From contig JBGGMJ010000002.1 in assembly GCA_041288095.1 (NCBI GenBank), positions 1 to 16,867 of the forward strand: a DNA stretch of 16,867 nucleotides, read 5' to 3'. This stretch comes from Myxococcota bacterium (GTDB lineage Bacteria; Myxococcota; XYA12-FULL-58-9; JALHOP01). The translations under genes were made by a program, and so were the position numbers. Below the pieces are notes generated by a model. It did not search any database and was not told the origin of the DNA. It saw only the letters and a list, made by a program, of their open reading frames with translations. Below, piece after piece: positions 15,716 through 16,867 of this stretch. Numbering within the stretch: position 1 is the first letter of the stretch; each line of letters opens with the position of its first letter.

Positions 15716-16327
15716 ATGGGCTCCGTCGACTTCGAGGCCTGGTGCACTCGACGAGCGCTCAAGCAGTTCTGCAAAGAGGAACGCGCCCGTGGCAACGACG
15801 TCCCCGACCCTGGCGGTGGACTCCTCACGCTCATGCGGCGCCCCGGCCCTGAGCGCCTGCGCGAACCCGACCTTCCCAAGCCGCCACCCTACGCGCTCGA
15901 CGTCGACGGCGAAGAGCGGCGCGCCTCGGCGCCACGAGCGCTCCTGCAGAGGCTGCAAGAATCAGCGCGGGATCCCCACTACGCAGCCATGTTCCGTACC
16001 GTTGGTGCGTTCGACACCCCGACGGCGACCGCCGCTCTCATGTGGACAAACGTTCGGGGCAAGCTGCCGGACAATCATCACTTCGCGTTGACCGGCTCGG
16101 GCTGGTGCCTGTTCGAACCCTCGGACCACAGACGATGGGCCAGGTTGCGCCCAATTGAGATGGATGACCTGCGCGGCCTCGGCCTGCCTGACATCGCGAG
16201 ACTCCTGGAAAACGGTGTCGAAGCGATGATTCACGAGAACCTGTCGACGTTCGTTACCTATGTGCCGCGACCGCCGCCGGAACCCCGCAAGCCGCGTCTG
16301 TTCGACTGGCTGCGACGCGGGAGCTGA
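15716..16327 (+). CDS. Hypothetical protein (203 aa), apparent paralogue of the upstream gene with an N-terminal extension
   Basis: GGAGA Shine-Dalgarno before ATG 15716. Shares the PxY...FRxxG, FxLTxxGxC and RLRxxxxDDL motifs with the upstream gene. Confidence 0.8.
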   Translation: MGSVDFEAWCTRRALKQFCKEERARGNDVPDPGGGLLTLMRRPGPERLREPDLPKPPPYALDVDGEERRASAPRALLQRLQESARDPHYAAMFRTVGAFDTPTATAALMWTNVRGKLPDNHHFALTGSGWCLFEPSDHRRWARLRPIEMDDLRGLGLPDIARLLENGVEAMIHENLSTFVTYVPRPPPEPRKPRLFDWLRRGS

Positions 16328-16349
16328 CGTAGCGCTGACGTAGCGTCAG
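16323..16349. repeat. 11-bp tandem duplication (GCTGACGTAGC x2) merged with inverted repeat CTGACG-TAG-CGTCAG
   Basis: Copies at 16323-16333 and 16334-16344. Hairpin arms at 16335-16340 and 16344-16349. Includes the TGA stop at 16325-16327. Confidence 0.65.
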
Positions 16350-16425
16350 GAATGACTCTGTCCGCCATCGCGGTTTCCTCGTCGCGATAGTACCGCCCTT
16401 TGCATTGCGGTACCGTCGCCACCCC

Positions 16426-16867
16426 ATGCCCAAGCTGCGTTCGCTACTGTCGCGGTTCTTTGCCTTCATCTTCGGCACGTTCGATTGGGATCCGCCGCCA
16501 TGGCTCGAAGCCGTCGGTCGCGGTCTCGCCCGATTCTGGTCGGGCCTGCGCGCGCTGCACTTCGGACAGCTCATGGCGCTGGTCTTCGGCATCGCCGCGA
16601 TCGGCGGCGTCGGCACCTGGCTGGTGCTGCGGCCGCAGCCTCCCGAGCCATTGCGCGCGACCCTCACCGCCTACTCACCCAATCCGCCGCCACCGCGCAA
16701 AGCCCGTGACCCGGTACCCGCGCCAGAGCCTGCGCGACTGGTCTTCGACCAATCAGTCGCGGCGTTGGAGCTCATCGGTAAGCCGGTAACCGCGGGCATC
16801 AGCATGAAGCCGCAGCTCGTGGGCTCCTGGCAGTTGGTGAGCGATCGCGAGCTGGTCTTCACGCCCG
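16426..16867 (+). CDS. N-terminus of a probable bacterial alpha-2-macroglobulin family protein (runs off the window)
   Basis: Not in the ORF track. Manual translation: MPKLRSLLSRFFAFIFGTFDWDPPPWL...TM (LMALVFGIAAIGGVGTWLVL)...PARLVFDQSVAALELIGKPVTAGISMKPQLVGSWQLVSDRELVFTP. This resembles the Ig-like start of TM-anchored A2M proteins. The thioester region is not visible. Confidence 0.65.
   Translation, partial: MPKLRSLLSRFFAFIFGTFDWDPPPWLEAVGRGLARFWSGLRALHFGQLMALVFGIAAIGGVGTWLVLRPQPPEPLRATLTAYSPNPPPPRKARDPVPAPEPARLVFDQSVAALELIGKPVTAGISMKPQLVGSWQLVSDRELVFTP

Noticed and set aside
1..16867. CRISPR array, tRNA/rRNA, transposase, integrase, prophage or known anti-phage defence genes
   Set aside because: No regularly spaced repeats, cloverleaf motifs or corresponding protein motifs were seen by eye. 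Covariance-model and HMM scans were not run.

Overview
GC-rich, gene-dense bacterial chromosomal segment. Gene content and order suggest Myxococcota/Deltaproteobacteria (inference). Left to right: partial DUF971/GBBH-N protein (-), membrane-anchored PEGA-like protein (+), recQ (-), then a minus-strand run transcribed as exported HEAT protein > proC > ECF sigma factor > anti-sigma > small secreted protein. Next come a divergent HEAT-repeat lipoprotein (+), a DUF4476-like membrane protein (-), a comF-alr-mlaE-mlaF-mlaD-GNAT cluster (+), two hypothetical genes, and the start of an alpha-2-macroglobulin-like gene. Main observations: (1) proC has a single in-frame TAG at about its domain boundary. 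(2) MlaD is a long MCE + helical + predicted beta-barrel protein, with no mlaA/B/C in the window, consistent with a trans-envelope lipid bridge. (3) The two hypothetical genes appear to be tandem paralogues of a domain I do not recognise, bracketed by related TGAC-N5-GTCA palindromes. No tRNA, rRNA, CRISPR array or transposase was seen. All family calls come from motif recognition by eye, not database searches.
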